NCBI GenBank assembly: GCA_023213395.1 | Contig: CM041465.1 | Location: forward strand, 211,427,741-211,491,740 | DNA from: Cycas panzhihuaensis | Lineage: Eukaryota; Plantae; Cycadophyta | Reading direction: 5' to 3' | Length of the DNA stretch: 64,000 nucleotides | Shown: piece after piece, positions 27,656 through 39,719 of the stretch | Position numbering within the stretch: the first letter of the stretch is position 1 | Layout of the letters: each line of letters begins with the position of its first letter | Notes under the pieces: model-generated | The model's database searches: none | The model's input: the letters and a program-made list of their open reading frames with translations, nothing else | What the model was told of the DNA's origin: nothing | Made by a program: the position numbers and the translations under genes

Positions 27656-27716
27656 GTATTCTTCCCATTCTCCATTATGTCATAAAGGATGGACTATTAT
27701 AGATGGGTGTGTGCAT

Positions 27717-27744
27717 ATTATATTATTATTATTATTATTATTAT
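27717..27744. repeat. (ATT)n microsatellite
   Basis: Direct reading. Confidence 0.9.
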
Positions 27745-28434
27745 TTTAGATGCAGATAGATTTGTTTGTATATTTGATAGCAAAAGGAGGGCATCCAAGG
27801 CCTCTCATGTATACATAATGGACTTTTCAAAAAAAATAAGGCATCTCACAAAATATACTAGTAAAAGAGGATTTCATCAACCTTTTATGTGGTCCTCATC
27901 CTAGAAGCAAATCCCAACAATGGGACACCTATAAAGGCCTCTAGATTGAGGCTAAAAAGGCATGCTATATTCATCATTTTCCTTCGCTTTTTCATAGCAA
28001 AGTGGCTACCATCGTAGGGTGATAATTGGTGGCAAAATCCACTCCATTTTTCTTTAAATGGTAGCTTCAAATTGACATTTTGTGACCTTCAATAACACAC
28101 TTGCATGTAAAATTTTTATGGGACTACGTGCAATAAAAAGACTAGTTATAAAAGCCACATAGATTTTCCTTTTTTCTTCATAAAACCTCTCCATTGTAGC
28201 TTTAAATTACTCCAAAACAAGCTTCAAAACAACCTTGAAAAATAACTCCAAATAGGCTTCCAATAACCTTTAAAAATAGTTTCGAGAGGAAACTTTTAAG
28301 AACTTTTAATAGGCTTCAAAATAGCCTCATAAGAACATCAAAATAACCTCTTAAAATGACTAAAAATAGTGATAAAATATCCCCAATTATATCTCAATTG
28401 ATGGTAAAAATAATCATAGAAATATACATAAAAA

Positions 28435-31400
28435 TGAAGAGAAAATACAATTGTGAAAGCAATATGAATAGAACTATTAACCATGAAAAGAACAAATAAC
28501 ATAAATAAATCAAGCGCATAGCGAAGAACACTAGGAGATTGAGGTCTAAGCATAGACATTTTATTAATTTGAGCAAAAGCTAAATAATTATAGAGATGAA
28601 ACCCCAACTTACCTCATCAACTCATCTACTCTATACACTCTATAAAGAACTTCCCAATTTGGGTTATATAAGGAATGTCATAAGAAGGTACAAGATCTCG
28701 AACTATGAGATATAGGGTCTTTATGATGAACAACCCTAATTCTCTTTTCTTTTAATCCCTAAAATTTGCTTTGGGGTTGTCGTCCTTGAACCCTACTTTA
28801 TGGGAGGGGAGGAGGGAGACATCTTCTCCCGCCAACCCCTTAGATACCCTTGCAAGGAGATTAGAGGGGAAAACTAAGCCAAAGCAGACCAAAATTTTAA
28901 CCTCCTTATACATATATAGCACTTGTAAAGTGTTTAACATATTCAAAAATCTCCCACTTATTGAATACTTTATAAGAAACCTACGTACACAACTACTTAA
29001 TGCCAATATCATAAACACTTGCGCCTTTTTACACCATTTAAATTTTTCTGTGCTAACAACCTTAGTCAATGAGTCTGCAACATTTTTTTGTGTAGTAATC
29101 TTTTGTAAGCCCACCTTGTGATCTTAAACCATTTCTCTTACAAAATAGAATTACACATCAATATGGTTCTACTAAGCATGAAAAGTGGGGTTCTTCACTA
29201 AGTAGATTGTACTTTGACTATCACAATCTATCCTCACAAAGATGTTGAATAAAGCCACCATTTATGTATAATCTCAGAACCCAATTTCTTTCTTGCATGC
29301 ATGGGTAGCTACCATATACTCGCTTCTATGCTAGAAAATACCACAACTTGTTATTCTTTTCTCATCCAACTAATTACATCATGATAAAGGGTAAAACATA
29401 CCTACTTATAGATCTTCTATTATTAAGATCTCTAATGCAATTAGCATCAATAAGACCTCTTAAGTTCATTGTTCTACTCTCCATGGGATCTCCTTGATAG
29501 CAAATTCTATAGTCGATGTACCCTACAGACACCGAAAATCCTTTTCACAACCACCCAATGCTCCCTACCTAAGTTTGACAAGACTATTAACTACTCCCAT
29601 TACATAGGCAATGTCGGTCAAGTGTAATCATTGCATATATTAGGCTACCAATAACACTAGCATAAGGGATAAATGCAATGTCTTTAACTTCTTTGTGAGT
29701 CTTTGGTATTATTCATTGATAATTTTAAACCAACAGAAGAGGAACCTTAATCGGTTTACTATCTTGCAACCTAAATCACGTAATATTGTCTCAATATACT
29801 AACTTTAGTTAAGATAAATCTTCTTATTTCTCCTATCCCTTTTAATCTCAATACCTAAAATAAAATGTGTAGTACCAAGGTCCTTTATCTGAAAATGAGA
29901 TGTTAATTGGCCTTTTACAAGTTGGTTCATTTCTTTATCATTACTAACTAAAATGATGTCATCAACATATAAAGCTAGAATAATAAAATAATCACCAACC
30001 TACTTATAATAGACACAATGACCTACCTTTTTGTACACAAATCCATCGCCAACATATGTGAATCGAACTTCGATACCACATCCTTGGTAACTATTTCAAG
30101 CCATATAATGATTTCTTCAACCCGCACAATATTCTCCTTCCTTGTAACTTCAAAAACTTTAGACTATAATATATAAATTTCTTCTTTAAGGTCACCATGA
30201 AGAAATGTAGTCTTCATATCCATTTGATCCACCTTAAGGTCATAGATAACTACTACAACTAATAAAAATCTAATTGAAGCTATTTTTGTATCGGGAGAAA
30301 ATATCTCACTAAAATCTATTCCCTTGACTTGGGAATAGCCCTTTACTACCAAGCAAGCCTTGCACTTTTCCATTATACCATCTGCTCGAACTTATTCTTG
30401 AAGATCCATTTATTATTAAGAGATTTTATTCCATTAGGTAAATCCACCAAATCCCATATGTTATTTTTATCTAAGGCCATCATTTCTTCTTCCATAGCCT
30501 TCATCTAGAGTTGACCCTCTTTTGACTCTAGAGCATATTAAATAGCACCGAATCATCATCCGTAGTAGATAAAATAAAATATAAGCAACGAAAGTCTTCT
30601 AAATATACCTACTAGGCTATCTTCTCTCACAAGTTGATCTCCTCAACATGTAAGGTTCTTGAGGTTGATCTAAATCTATAGTTAGTCCTTCCTCTTCAAT
30701 TAGTTCATATTCTAATGAAGAGTTTTCATCTTTATCTTAAACCGTATGTTCTTATAGTTTTCCTCCTTTGGTTCTTTATCCCGCTTTAGAGACTTAAATT
30801 GCCTCTAAAGATAACATCATGACTATACACAACTTTTGCATTTCAAGGTTATAAAGCTTGTACCCTTTAACACCATTACCATAGCTAATGAAAATAGTCT
30901 TTGTACTTTAAAATCAAGCTTAGTCATCCGTTGTTTATGAACATGCACAAAAGACTCAAAACTAAAAACTCTAAGATGACTAAGAGATGGTTTCTTACTG
31001 CACCACACTTCTTCAAGTGTTTTATATACTAAAGAAGTTGTTGGTGATCTATTTATCGTAGCTTGCAGTCATCATAGTCTCAACCCAAAATTTCTTCTCT
31101 AAACCACTAGCACTAAGCATGTTCCTCGGTCACCTAGTAAGGTCCTATTCATCCTTTCAACAACTCCATTATGCTATAAGCGTAAGGAAATTATTTTTTA
31201 CCTTGTTATTCCATACCGCTTCTAATCGCTCAAACTCCTTTGACTAAACCGACCTCCATTATTAGTCCTCGTGACCTTGATCTTCTTGTCACTCTAATTC
31301 TCGACCAAGGCCTTGAATTCTTTGAATTTATTAAAGACCTCAGATTTCTCCCTGAGAAAATACAACCATGTCTTTCTTAAAAAATCATCTATGAATGAGA

Positions 31401-33037
31401 AAGAATTTAAACCCACCCAATGAGAGTACATCAACAGTCCAAAAATATCATTGTGCACTAATTGTAGAATACCTTTTGTGCTCTTTGAGCTTGAAAGAAA
31501 ACTAATCGATTATATTTTCCACACACACAATGCTCACGTAAATCAAAATAAAAGAGCCATTAATTCTAGAGATGTCTTCGCCATACCTTTGGAGAATAAA
31601 TCATAGAGGCCTTTCTCTCCAATATGGCCCAATTTCGATGCCACAACATAGTTTTACCAAGAAGTGATATTTAGGTCCTACTTACATCATTGTTACTTTA
31701 TGTAATAGTTAGACTCTATTTGTCAAGATACAATATGCTTGCATCAAGCTTGTTTAATGTTCCAAATTAGACCCCTCTAGCTAACACCAATGCTCCCCAT
31801 ACCATTCTCAAATCGCTTTTATTAAAAATCACTTCTATTCTTATATCATCTAATTAACTAATGCATAATAGACTTATAGGCAAACTAGAAATATGACTCA
31901 CATTAAGGATAGTTTTAACCCTTCCATCCCCGAATCGAACCTTCACCTTTCCACGACCCATAATTTTATATAGGTAATAATCCACAAGAGATACTTCACC
32001 TTCATTAATACTTGTGTATTCACAAAACCACTCCCTATGGAGAGTAACATGAAGTGAAGCATCGTAGTTAATTAACTAAGATTTAACATTTAACAACTTA
32101 CCTGATGTTGTGAGATAACTATCGCCATCGCCTTCATCAAAGGCTTTTGATACCATGGAAGAAGTAGCTTCAAGTGACTTTCCTTTATCAACCTTAACTC
32201 AACATTGTCTCTTTATATAACCAACCTTCACACATCCGTAACATAGCAACAAGCCTCTACATGGAGATTTGGATTTCCCTCTAAATTTTGGCTATTTATT
32301 CCTAGGCTTTGCTTCTTTTAAATGATTCTCGGAAGATTTTTGCCTTGTCTCTTCTGACAACAGAACAATAATAACATCATCAAATTTCAGAGTGGCAGCA
32401 ACTGTACTACTAATTATCATCACAAGATTATCCCAGGAATTAGGAAACAAAAATAACGAGATAATACACTTATCTTCCTTAGACATTGTTATCCCAATTG
32501 AAATAAGTTGGCTCACCACCATGTTAAATGCAAGAAGATGATCTACAATTGCATCTCTATCACTCATCCTAAGTGAGTATAACTTTTTCAAAGAAATAGC
32601 TTATTAACTGTGGACTTAGTCGATACAAAGCTCCTAACTTTGTCCACATATATTTAGTTGTAGGCTCTATGGCAACATTTAATAATACCATGCCTAAAAG
32701 GCATAATCTTATCGAACTTATTATTTTTTATTAAGCTTCTTCCGCCTTTATCACCTATATTTGCGTGCTTTGTTCTGCTACATCGATCCACTAATCCTTC
32801 TCGATGAGGATATCTTCCATCTTTAGCTTTCACAACTCAAAGTTTTAACCATTAAACTTTTTAATCTTCATCTTTATAATGCTTACCATGATTTTCGCAC
32901 TCAAGTTCACTAAACAAAACTCTCATTCACCAAATGACTTCCTATAGAACTAAAACCCTTAGCTCGATACCAAATGGAGAGAAAAATATAACTATGAAAG
33001 CAATATGAATAGAACTTTTAACCATGAAAAGAACAAA
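28435..33037 (-). mobile_element. Near-full-length degenerate Ty1/Copia (same family as 16421-20407) with truncated 5' LTR
   Basis: 5' LTR remnant 32975-33037, PBS 32961-32972, gag ATG 32889 (MVSIIKMKIKKFNG*NFEL*KLKMEDIL), UBN2-type ORF 32292-32591, integrase, RT ORF 30164-30373 (KACLVVKGYSQ...QMDMKTTFLHGDL), RNase H (NVADSLTK), PPT ~28950-28961, 3' LTR ~28435-28948. Confidence 0.93.
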
Positions 33038-34894
33038 AGGGCATAATTCTAAGACTAAGACTCATAATTTAGAGTGCCTTAAAGTTTATAAAATCATCAT
33101 GAAAGTAAGGAAAATGGTAGTCAATTCAGAGGATGATGAAGACCAAAACAAACCTCATTAGTATGCTATTTAGATTGATTATAGTCTCGTGCTAAACATT
33201 TCTAGGATTGGGTAATGCAAGTTGCACATAAGAAATGGAACTTAGATTAATTGCTAATGATAAAGTGAGGATGTTGAATATGGCTCACAAAGGCACACAT
33301 AAAGGAGTACTAAGGATTTAAACTATCATTGTAAGAGTGCTTAGTCTACACTTGAAGAGTTTTCAATCTAGAAAGCAAAGATCTAACTTTAGATCATAGA
33401 GTTATAAAGTCAACTTAAGGATTTCCTTAATGTAGCTTATTAGTTGAATGATGAGTTGAAATTTCATTTGAACTTAGGTATAGCTCGATTGAAAGACCAA
33501 TAAGAAGAACAACTTCAAGTTTTTGTTAATATTCTTTCACAAGACTTATAATGGATTAGTTGAATCACTAAATATGCTCACACTCTTATAGACTTACTTT
33601 ATAAGTTCTTATTGATAAGGAGATGTTACCCTACATACCAATTTTTATTTTTTCCATTCTTTATTTGTAAATAGTTGTACATATATGTTTTCATCCTGCT
33701 CATGTACTTAAATCCCAAGAGATGCTAGTGAATTTTAAAACTTATGTAGTGCTCTAAGACAGATCACACTATAAGCCCATGAGAGATGTTAGTTGGCCAT
33801 GTTGATTAGCCAATGTTAGTTGAAAGGTGAAGTCGATTAATGAAACTGAGTTGATCAAATAAATTTAAAGGTGATGTCACCATGTTAGCATGAGTTGGGT
33901 TATGAACAAGGCAATTATGAGTTAATTCTTATAATTGCACTTGTAATAGATTTAGTTAGTATAAATATTTGTAATACTATAAAAGCTTAAATAATAAATC
34001 ATTGTATGACCGAGACTTTTGACTAATCAACTTAAGAGCCACACTTCTATAAGTATTGGTCATTAGATAATGTGTTTGGTAAGAGCAATCACATTGGGTA
34101 ATGACAATAGAGTTATTAATAACTATATTAGTAAAGGGCATGTTATGTGCATCCGTGATAATGCTTGGTTGGGATTTGATGATTATTAAGTAATTGTATG
34201 TGTATAGTGAGCTTAGCTTTAAACATCCAATAATGCATTATATATGTATTATATTATAATATACATGTATATACAAATATAAATAGATAGATACATGCAT
34301 CGCATATATCCACCCCTAGTTAATAGAGGCCAATCCATTATATTATATTATCCTTCTTGTATATGAATCTATCTATATATAAAGTCAATAAAAAGAGGAA
34401 TTCTTCCTTGATTGGTTATTAATCTACATATTTTATTCATTACATCCGATGATACAAAATCCCATTTCCATAAGTTTGAAGTAAAAGAAACCACCCTCCC
34501 ACTAAAATATGATCATTGAGGTAAGGATCTTCAAAGGACTCAATGATTTTGATAATATAACAAAATACATTTCACATAGTTAGACGACATCTATGCAAAT
34601 TAATCTTAGCAACTTTAAAAGAAATTGTAATATATATTTAAAAATGTGTAACAATAGAAGTGTAAAGTTGTAATTTGGCATTAATGTTCATTTCAATTTA
34701 CATAGTTATATAACTATTCATTGTAGAAAAATATCATCTAAATATAAATTAAACAAAGTGCAAAATTATAAATACATAGTGTGAGGACATTATTATAAAG
34801 TTTATTACTTGAGTGTTATTATTAATTTTTAGGTAATATCACCTACGTTATTAGATAAACATGATTATTACACCATGTTGTATATTTTTCAAAT

Positions 34895-35400
34895 TATTAT
34901 GACATTAGTGATGTTAAGGATAAAATTTAAAAGAAATAAACTAAGGAATCTAGTGACATAATGGTAATGATATCTTTTCTTGACACTTATTTGCCATAGC
35001 CCAATATTTATAATATGATATAAAATAATTTTACCAAAGAGAGTGTAGTCATCCTACAAGGTCATCCGTCTTAACAAAAATTTATATTATCAAATAATTA
35101 GTCAAAAATAATATAATACAATATAAATACTTTTTGCCAAAGAATTGTGCTAGTCACAATAGTCATATAATAGGAGATAAATTGTCAAAAGAAAGGGCAT
35201 CTTAGAAAATAATCCAAATTAAAAATGATATAAAGAACCTATATTTAAAAGTAATTGGGTACCGACATGGCATAAATTGTAGAATATTATTTAAAATCTT
35301 TGTTTATTACTAATTTCTTGCAAAAGTTTTATAAAATCATATGAACCGTGGAAAAGATCTACGTTTGTTTCTTACTAACTACGTACCAAAACCTTATAAA
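34895..35400 (+). promoter_or_regulatory. Putative promoter of the LRR-XII kinase: cluster of TGAC/W-box cores and TATA box
   Basis: TGAC or GTCA cores at ~34900, 34954, 34980, 35047, 35060, 35100 (AGTCAA, a full W-box), 35152, 35161 and 35183. TATAAA at 35395-35400, ~100 bp upstream of the ATG. Confidence 0.5.
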
Positions 35401-35497
35401 ATCAGATGAATCATGGAGAGATCCGTGTGTTCTCTAGTTGGAAAATAGGTCGAGGGAGAAAATCATTCGAAGGCATTCAAATTGTGTAAGTGGCAAG

Positions 35498-38276
35498 ATG
35501 GATCTGCTGAAATTGAAATTGTTGTTTCTTCTACTCACCTTTGCAATTCCCTTTTCGTCCTCATCGCCTCCATCTCATCCGCATTCCCATCCCCACCTCA
35601 ACAACGCTACCGATCAACACTCTCTTTTGCAATTCAAGGCCTCCATCTTTTACGACCCCCAAAATGTATTGCTCCACTGGAATCCCAATCGCACTGCATT
35701 TTGCAATTGGACCGGAGTTACTTGCAGCCCAAGGAGGGACAGGGCGGTGCTTCTCAACCTCGCAGATATGGCTCTCCAAGGTTATCTCTCTCCTTTCCTC
35801 GCCAATTTGTCATTTCTTCGTCAATTACGGCTTCGCAATAATAGTTTTTATGGACATATTCCACCAGAATTTGGGCATCTTCGTCGGTTGAGAAAGCTTT
35901 TCCTTTCGTATAACCCTCTGAGCGGACGCATTCCTCTGAACTCGGCCTCCTCACAAATCTAGAGGTTCTTGCGTTGAGATCAAATAGCCAGACAGGTACC
36001 ATTCCTCTTCCTTGGCCAACATCTCGTCCTTGACTCATTTGGAATTGGGTACAAACAATTTGTCCGGCGTCATCTCCCTGCATTCGGAACACTCGCCCAC
36101 TTGAAAGTGTTCCACATAGTGCAAAGCCGAGTGTCAGGGAGCATTCCCTCTTCGTTGGCAAATATCTCCACTTTGATTGACTTGGATCTTCGTTCAAATC
36201 ACCTCAGCGGTGTCATTCCTCCCCAATTCGGTCGTCTTACAAATCTCAACTCGCTTACCTTGTACCAAAACTACTTGGGAGGATCAATTCCTTCTTCCCT
36301 ATCCAACTGCACCTCTCTCAAAATTCTGTCTTTAGCACAAAACGATTTAGTTGGACGCATTCCATCGGAGTTGGGCTACAAACTCCCCAACCTTCAACAA
36401 GTTTATCTGTGGACAAATCGGTTGAGTGGCAACATTCCAAACTCTTTTGGCAATTGTTCCCAACACACAATACTCGACCTATCCCAAAATCAGCTGAGCG
36501 GGATGGTGCCAATAGAGCTGGGTAAGTTGGCTCTCCTTCAATCGCTTCTTTTGTGGGGAAATCAACTTGTTAGTGGAAGCGGTACCGAATGGCCCTTTCT
36601 TACACATCTCACCAATTGCTCCCTCTTACAACTGTTAGATTTGGACCAGAATCGACTGACTGGCGTTTTGCCTTCTGTTATAGGCCAGTTTTCTACCAAA
36701 CTCTCCTCCCTAGGCTTAGGACACAACTTTATAGGAGGAACAATACCCCAGCAGATTGGCAATCTAACCAACTTGACATTCCTGGCTTTGGATCACAATC
36801 TCTTCAGCGGCAGCATTCCATCGGAATTCAAAAGACTCCAAAAGCTGGAAAGATTGGATTTGAGCGACAACAAATTAGAAGGGAGCATCCCGAGCGAGAT
36901 GGGTGAACTGCAAAGCTTAGGACTCTTGTCGCTTGAAGAAAACGTTCTCTCTGGACCAATTCCCCTTCTCTTGGCCATCTCCAGCAGCTCAGAAGGCTTA
37001 ATCTTTCGAAAACCAATTATCAGGAAACATACCTGCAGCTCTTGGCAACTGTTGGCGTCTGGAACTGCTCGACCTGTCCTACAACAGACTTCATGGAAAC
37101 ATACCGCCAGAGGTTGCGGGTCTACAAAATCTACTATTCTATTTCAACCTCTCAAGCAATTCCTCCAAGGCTCCCTCCCCTCCCCACGAGATTGGTAAAA
37201 TGGCAATGACTCAAGCCATAGACATCTCTGTCAATCGGCTGTCTGGATTCATTCCAACCACACTTGGAAGCTGCGCAGCATTGGAGTACCTGAATCTATC
37301 TCATAATGCCTTGCAAGGTCCAACTCCACTTTCACTCGGAAATATAAAAGGTCTCCCAGACATGGATCTCTCTTCCAATAAGCTGTGGGTACAATACCAA
37401 AGTCTCTGGAGAAACTCCATATGCTTACGCACTTGAAGTTCTCGTATAACAACTTCACTGGAGAAGTTCCAAAAGGAGGGAATTTTGCAAATTTTAGTAA
37501 TGCATCATTTACTTGCTCAACCGATTGAACATTTCCATAGACGTAGCCCACGGCATGCAATACCTGCATCATGATTGCCATGTTCGAGTTCTGCATTGCG
37601 ATCTAAAGCCGAGCAACGTGCTTTTAGATGACGACATGACAGCACACATTACCGATTTTGGCCTGACTCGAATTATTTGTCCCACCTCTGAGGATTCCTT
37701 CACTTCAACACTGCGAGGATCCATCGGGTACATCGCCCCAGGTTTGGTTTTTCGGTTCAAATCATCAAAATGCTATCTCTCTTTTTTCCCTCGTGTATTT
37801 CATAAGTAGAATGAAACTTTAAAGATGATGGCTTGAATACAGAGTACGGATTAGGAGGAAGGGCTTCAACGAAGGGGGATGTTTACAGCTATGGCATTCT
37901 GTTATTGGAGATGCTGACCAGAAGAAGGCCCAGCAGTGACATGTTTGTAGGAGGACTGGACCTGCACAAGTGGGTGAGCATGGCATTTCCTGAGAGATTG
38001 CTGGATGTTATCGACGGTAGCCTCCTGACAGATGTGAGTGAGGAAGGAATAGACGGGCATAACGTGCACAAATGTCTTAGGGAACTCGTACTCGTGGGTT
38101 TGTTGTGCACAAAACAATCACCTGAAGAAAGACCAAATATGAGAGATGTGGCGGGACTGTTGGAGAGTATCAGAGCAACATTTCTTGGAATAACAAATAC
38201 AGGGGCTTCCAAATTCCCCACAGATACACAGAACAATGGAGGAGCATCTGATAGCCAAACTTCCTCCACACAGTAG
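35498..38276 (+). pseudogene. LRR receptor-like kinase, subfamily XII (FLS2/EFR/Xa21-like, non-RD), disrupted as assembled: ~8 small indels and loss of TM plus kinase subdomains I-V
   Basis: Signal peptide MDLLKLKLLFLLLTFAIPFSSS; LRRNT (TDQHSLLQFKASI..DP...W..FCNWTGVTC); >20 plant LRRs including the XII-type FLTHLTNCSLL island; ectodomain end FTGEVPKGGNFANFSNASF joined directly to LLNRLNISIDVAHGMQYLHHDC..HCDLKPSN..DFGL..GSIGYIAP; conserved intron 37742-37842; exon 2 EYGLGGRASTKGDVYSYGILLLEM...SPEERP; stop at 38274-38276. Confidence 0.92.
37742..37842 (+). other. GT-AG intron (101 bp) at the conserved GYIAP/E position
   Basis: CCA G|GTTTGG ... AATACAG|AG TAC restores GAG (E) of the APE motif. 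Confidence 0.9.
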
Positions 38277-38932
38277 TTCATGTGTAGGAAACATCAAATC
38301 CATTTTCCCATACTGCTGCTGCGTGAAACAGAACTGGCACAATTATCTGCTGTTGTGATAATGTAAGATTCGGCTCTGTTTGATGTGATCTCACCCAGGA
38401 AATATCACAAGAAATTATCATCTATATTGGTTGATGCATCCACGCAATCCTTTTGGATCGGTATTTGTTACATCTAAGCGCATTAATTAGTTTATAAAAA
38501 TAAGGCTATGCAGTTATATCTCTTAACAGACACCACAAAATAGTTATTCATCAGTCGAACGTAGGAGCAGCGAAAGTAGACTGCAATCGACTGTGGGAGC
38601 AGGGGGGGGGCTGCATAGTTTTCAAAGTTTAGAAAATGAACATGCTACAATAAGAAATATTAAATTTACTAACAATAACAACGGACGAGTGGCTGGAGAA
38701 GGCTAAAATAAAATAAAATTATAGGCATTGAGTTGAGCAATCTACATTAGGGCTGTTCGACATTCCAATGAGTCTTGTGTACAACAAGAAGGTGAAGCAG
38801 TAGTAGAAATTCTAAGGTTTTCTATGGCCAAGTCTAATGCTTTTGTCAATTAGAAAATACCTTAAATATGATCTTAGATAAATTATGATTATAAATTTAT
38901 GCTATGATCATTGTTTTAAAGTGTGCACCTTC

Positions 38933-39210
38933 TAAATCTTTGTTGGGGTGAAATTTGGGATATTGTGCTCACAAAAGATTCATTATATGCTTGGTAAGAG
39001 TGAACCCCTTGTAAATCTTTGTTGAGGTGAGATTTGGGATATTGTGCTCATGAAAGATTCACTATATGCTTGGTAAGAGTGAACCCCTTGTAAATCTTTG
39101 TTGAGGTGAAATTTGGGATATTGTGCTCATGAAAGATTCACTATATGCTTGGTAAGAGTGAACCCCTAATCTCTCAATATGCTTGGTAAGAGTGAACGCC
39201 TAATCTCAAC
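38933..39210. repeat. 79-bp tandem repeat x3 plus a ~34-bp partial duplication
   Basis: Units start TAAATCTTTGTTG at 38933, 39012 and 39091. Copies 2 and 3 are nearly identical. TATGCTTGGTAAGAGTGAAC occurs 4 times. Confidence 0.95.
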
Positions 39211-39719
39211 ACATAAAGTCACATGAGTTGGAATTTACTTAGGAGGACTTCCACATTTTTTCAAGGATCACTTAGATAAGAAGCCCTCCTAAAAAACCAC
39301 AAAATTACTCTCCCTAAAAATTATCTTCACACACTATTGTCTCTATGATATCAATTACACCCTTTCACAATGAGAGATGTGGAGAGTGAAAGGTGTCATG
39401 ATATGACAAGCAATCCATTTGCTCTCTAGAGAGCTTTGGCATTAGAAAAAGGGAAAAATATAAAAATAGCTTCTAAATGATAAGATCAGTTTATTACTCT
39501 TTTAGATTGTATACATTTTTTTAATATTTTATATAAATTAAGAAATAAAATAGAATTAAACTTGAAATTAGAGTTTCTAAAATTATTCAACCCTTAATGA
39601 CATCTTCATGGGATTAATTTAAGATTTATATCACTTCATATTGTAATGCATATCTTCCTAGATTGTTATTAATCACATATTAAATAGTGCTCTATAGACA
39701 AACTAGAATGGTACAATTC

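Noticed and set aside
33040-34200. Possible env-like TE ORF and Tourist-like TIR (GTGTTTGGT ~34072)
   Set aside because: Too decayed; no matching second terminus or reliable motif.
37510-37513. Explaining the missing TM/kinase segment by splicing
   Set aside because: The sequence is absent from the DNA rather than interrupted, and no TM-coding exon was seen elsewhere in the window.
35482-38342. Many overlapping alternative-frame and antisense ORFs
   Set aside because: Shadows of the GC-richer RLK coding sequence with no independent protein motifs.
38933-39210. CRISPR-like array (recurring TATGCTTGGTAAGAGTGAAC)
   Set aside because: The intervening sequences are themselves near-identical, so this is a tandem repeat; no cas genes; eukaryotic context.
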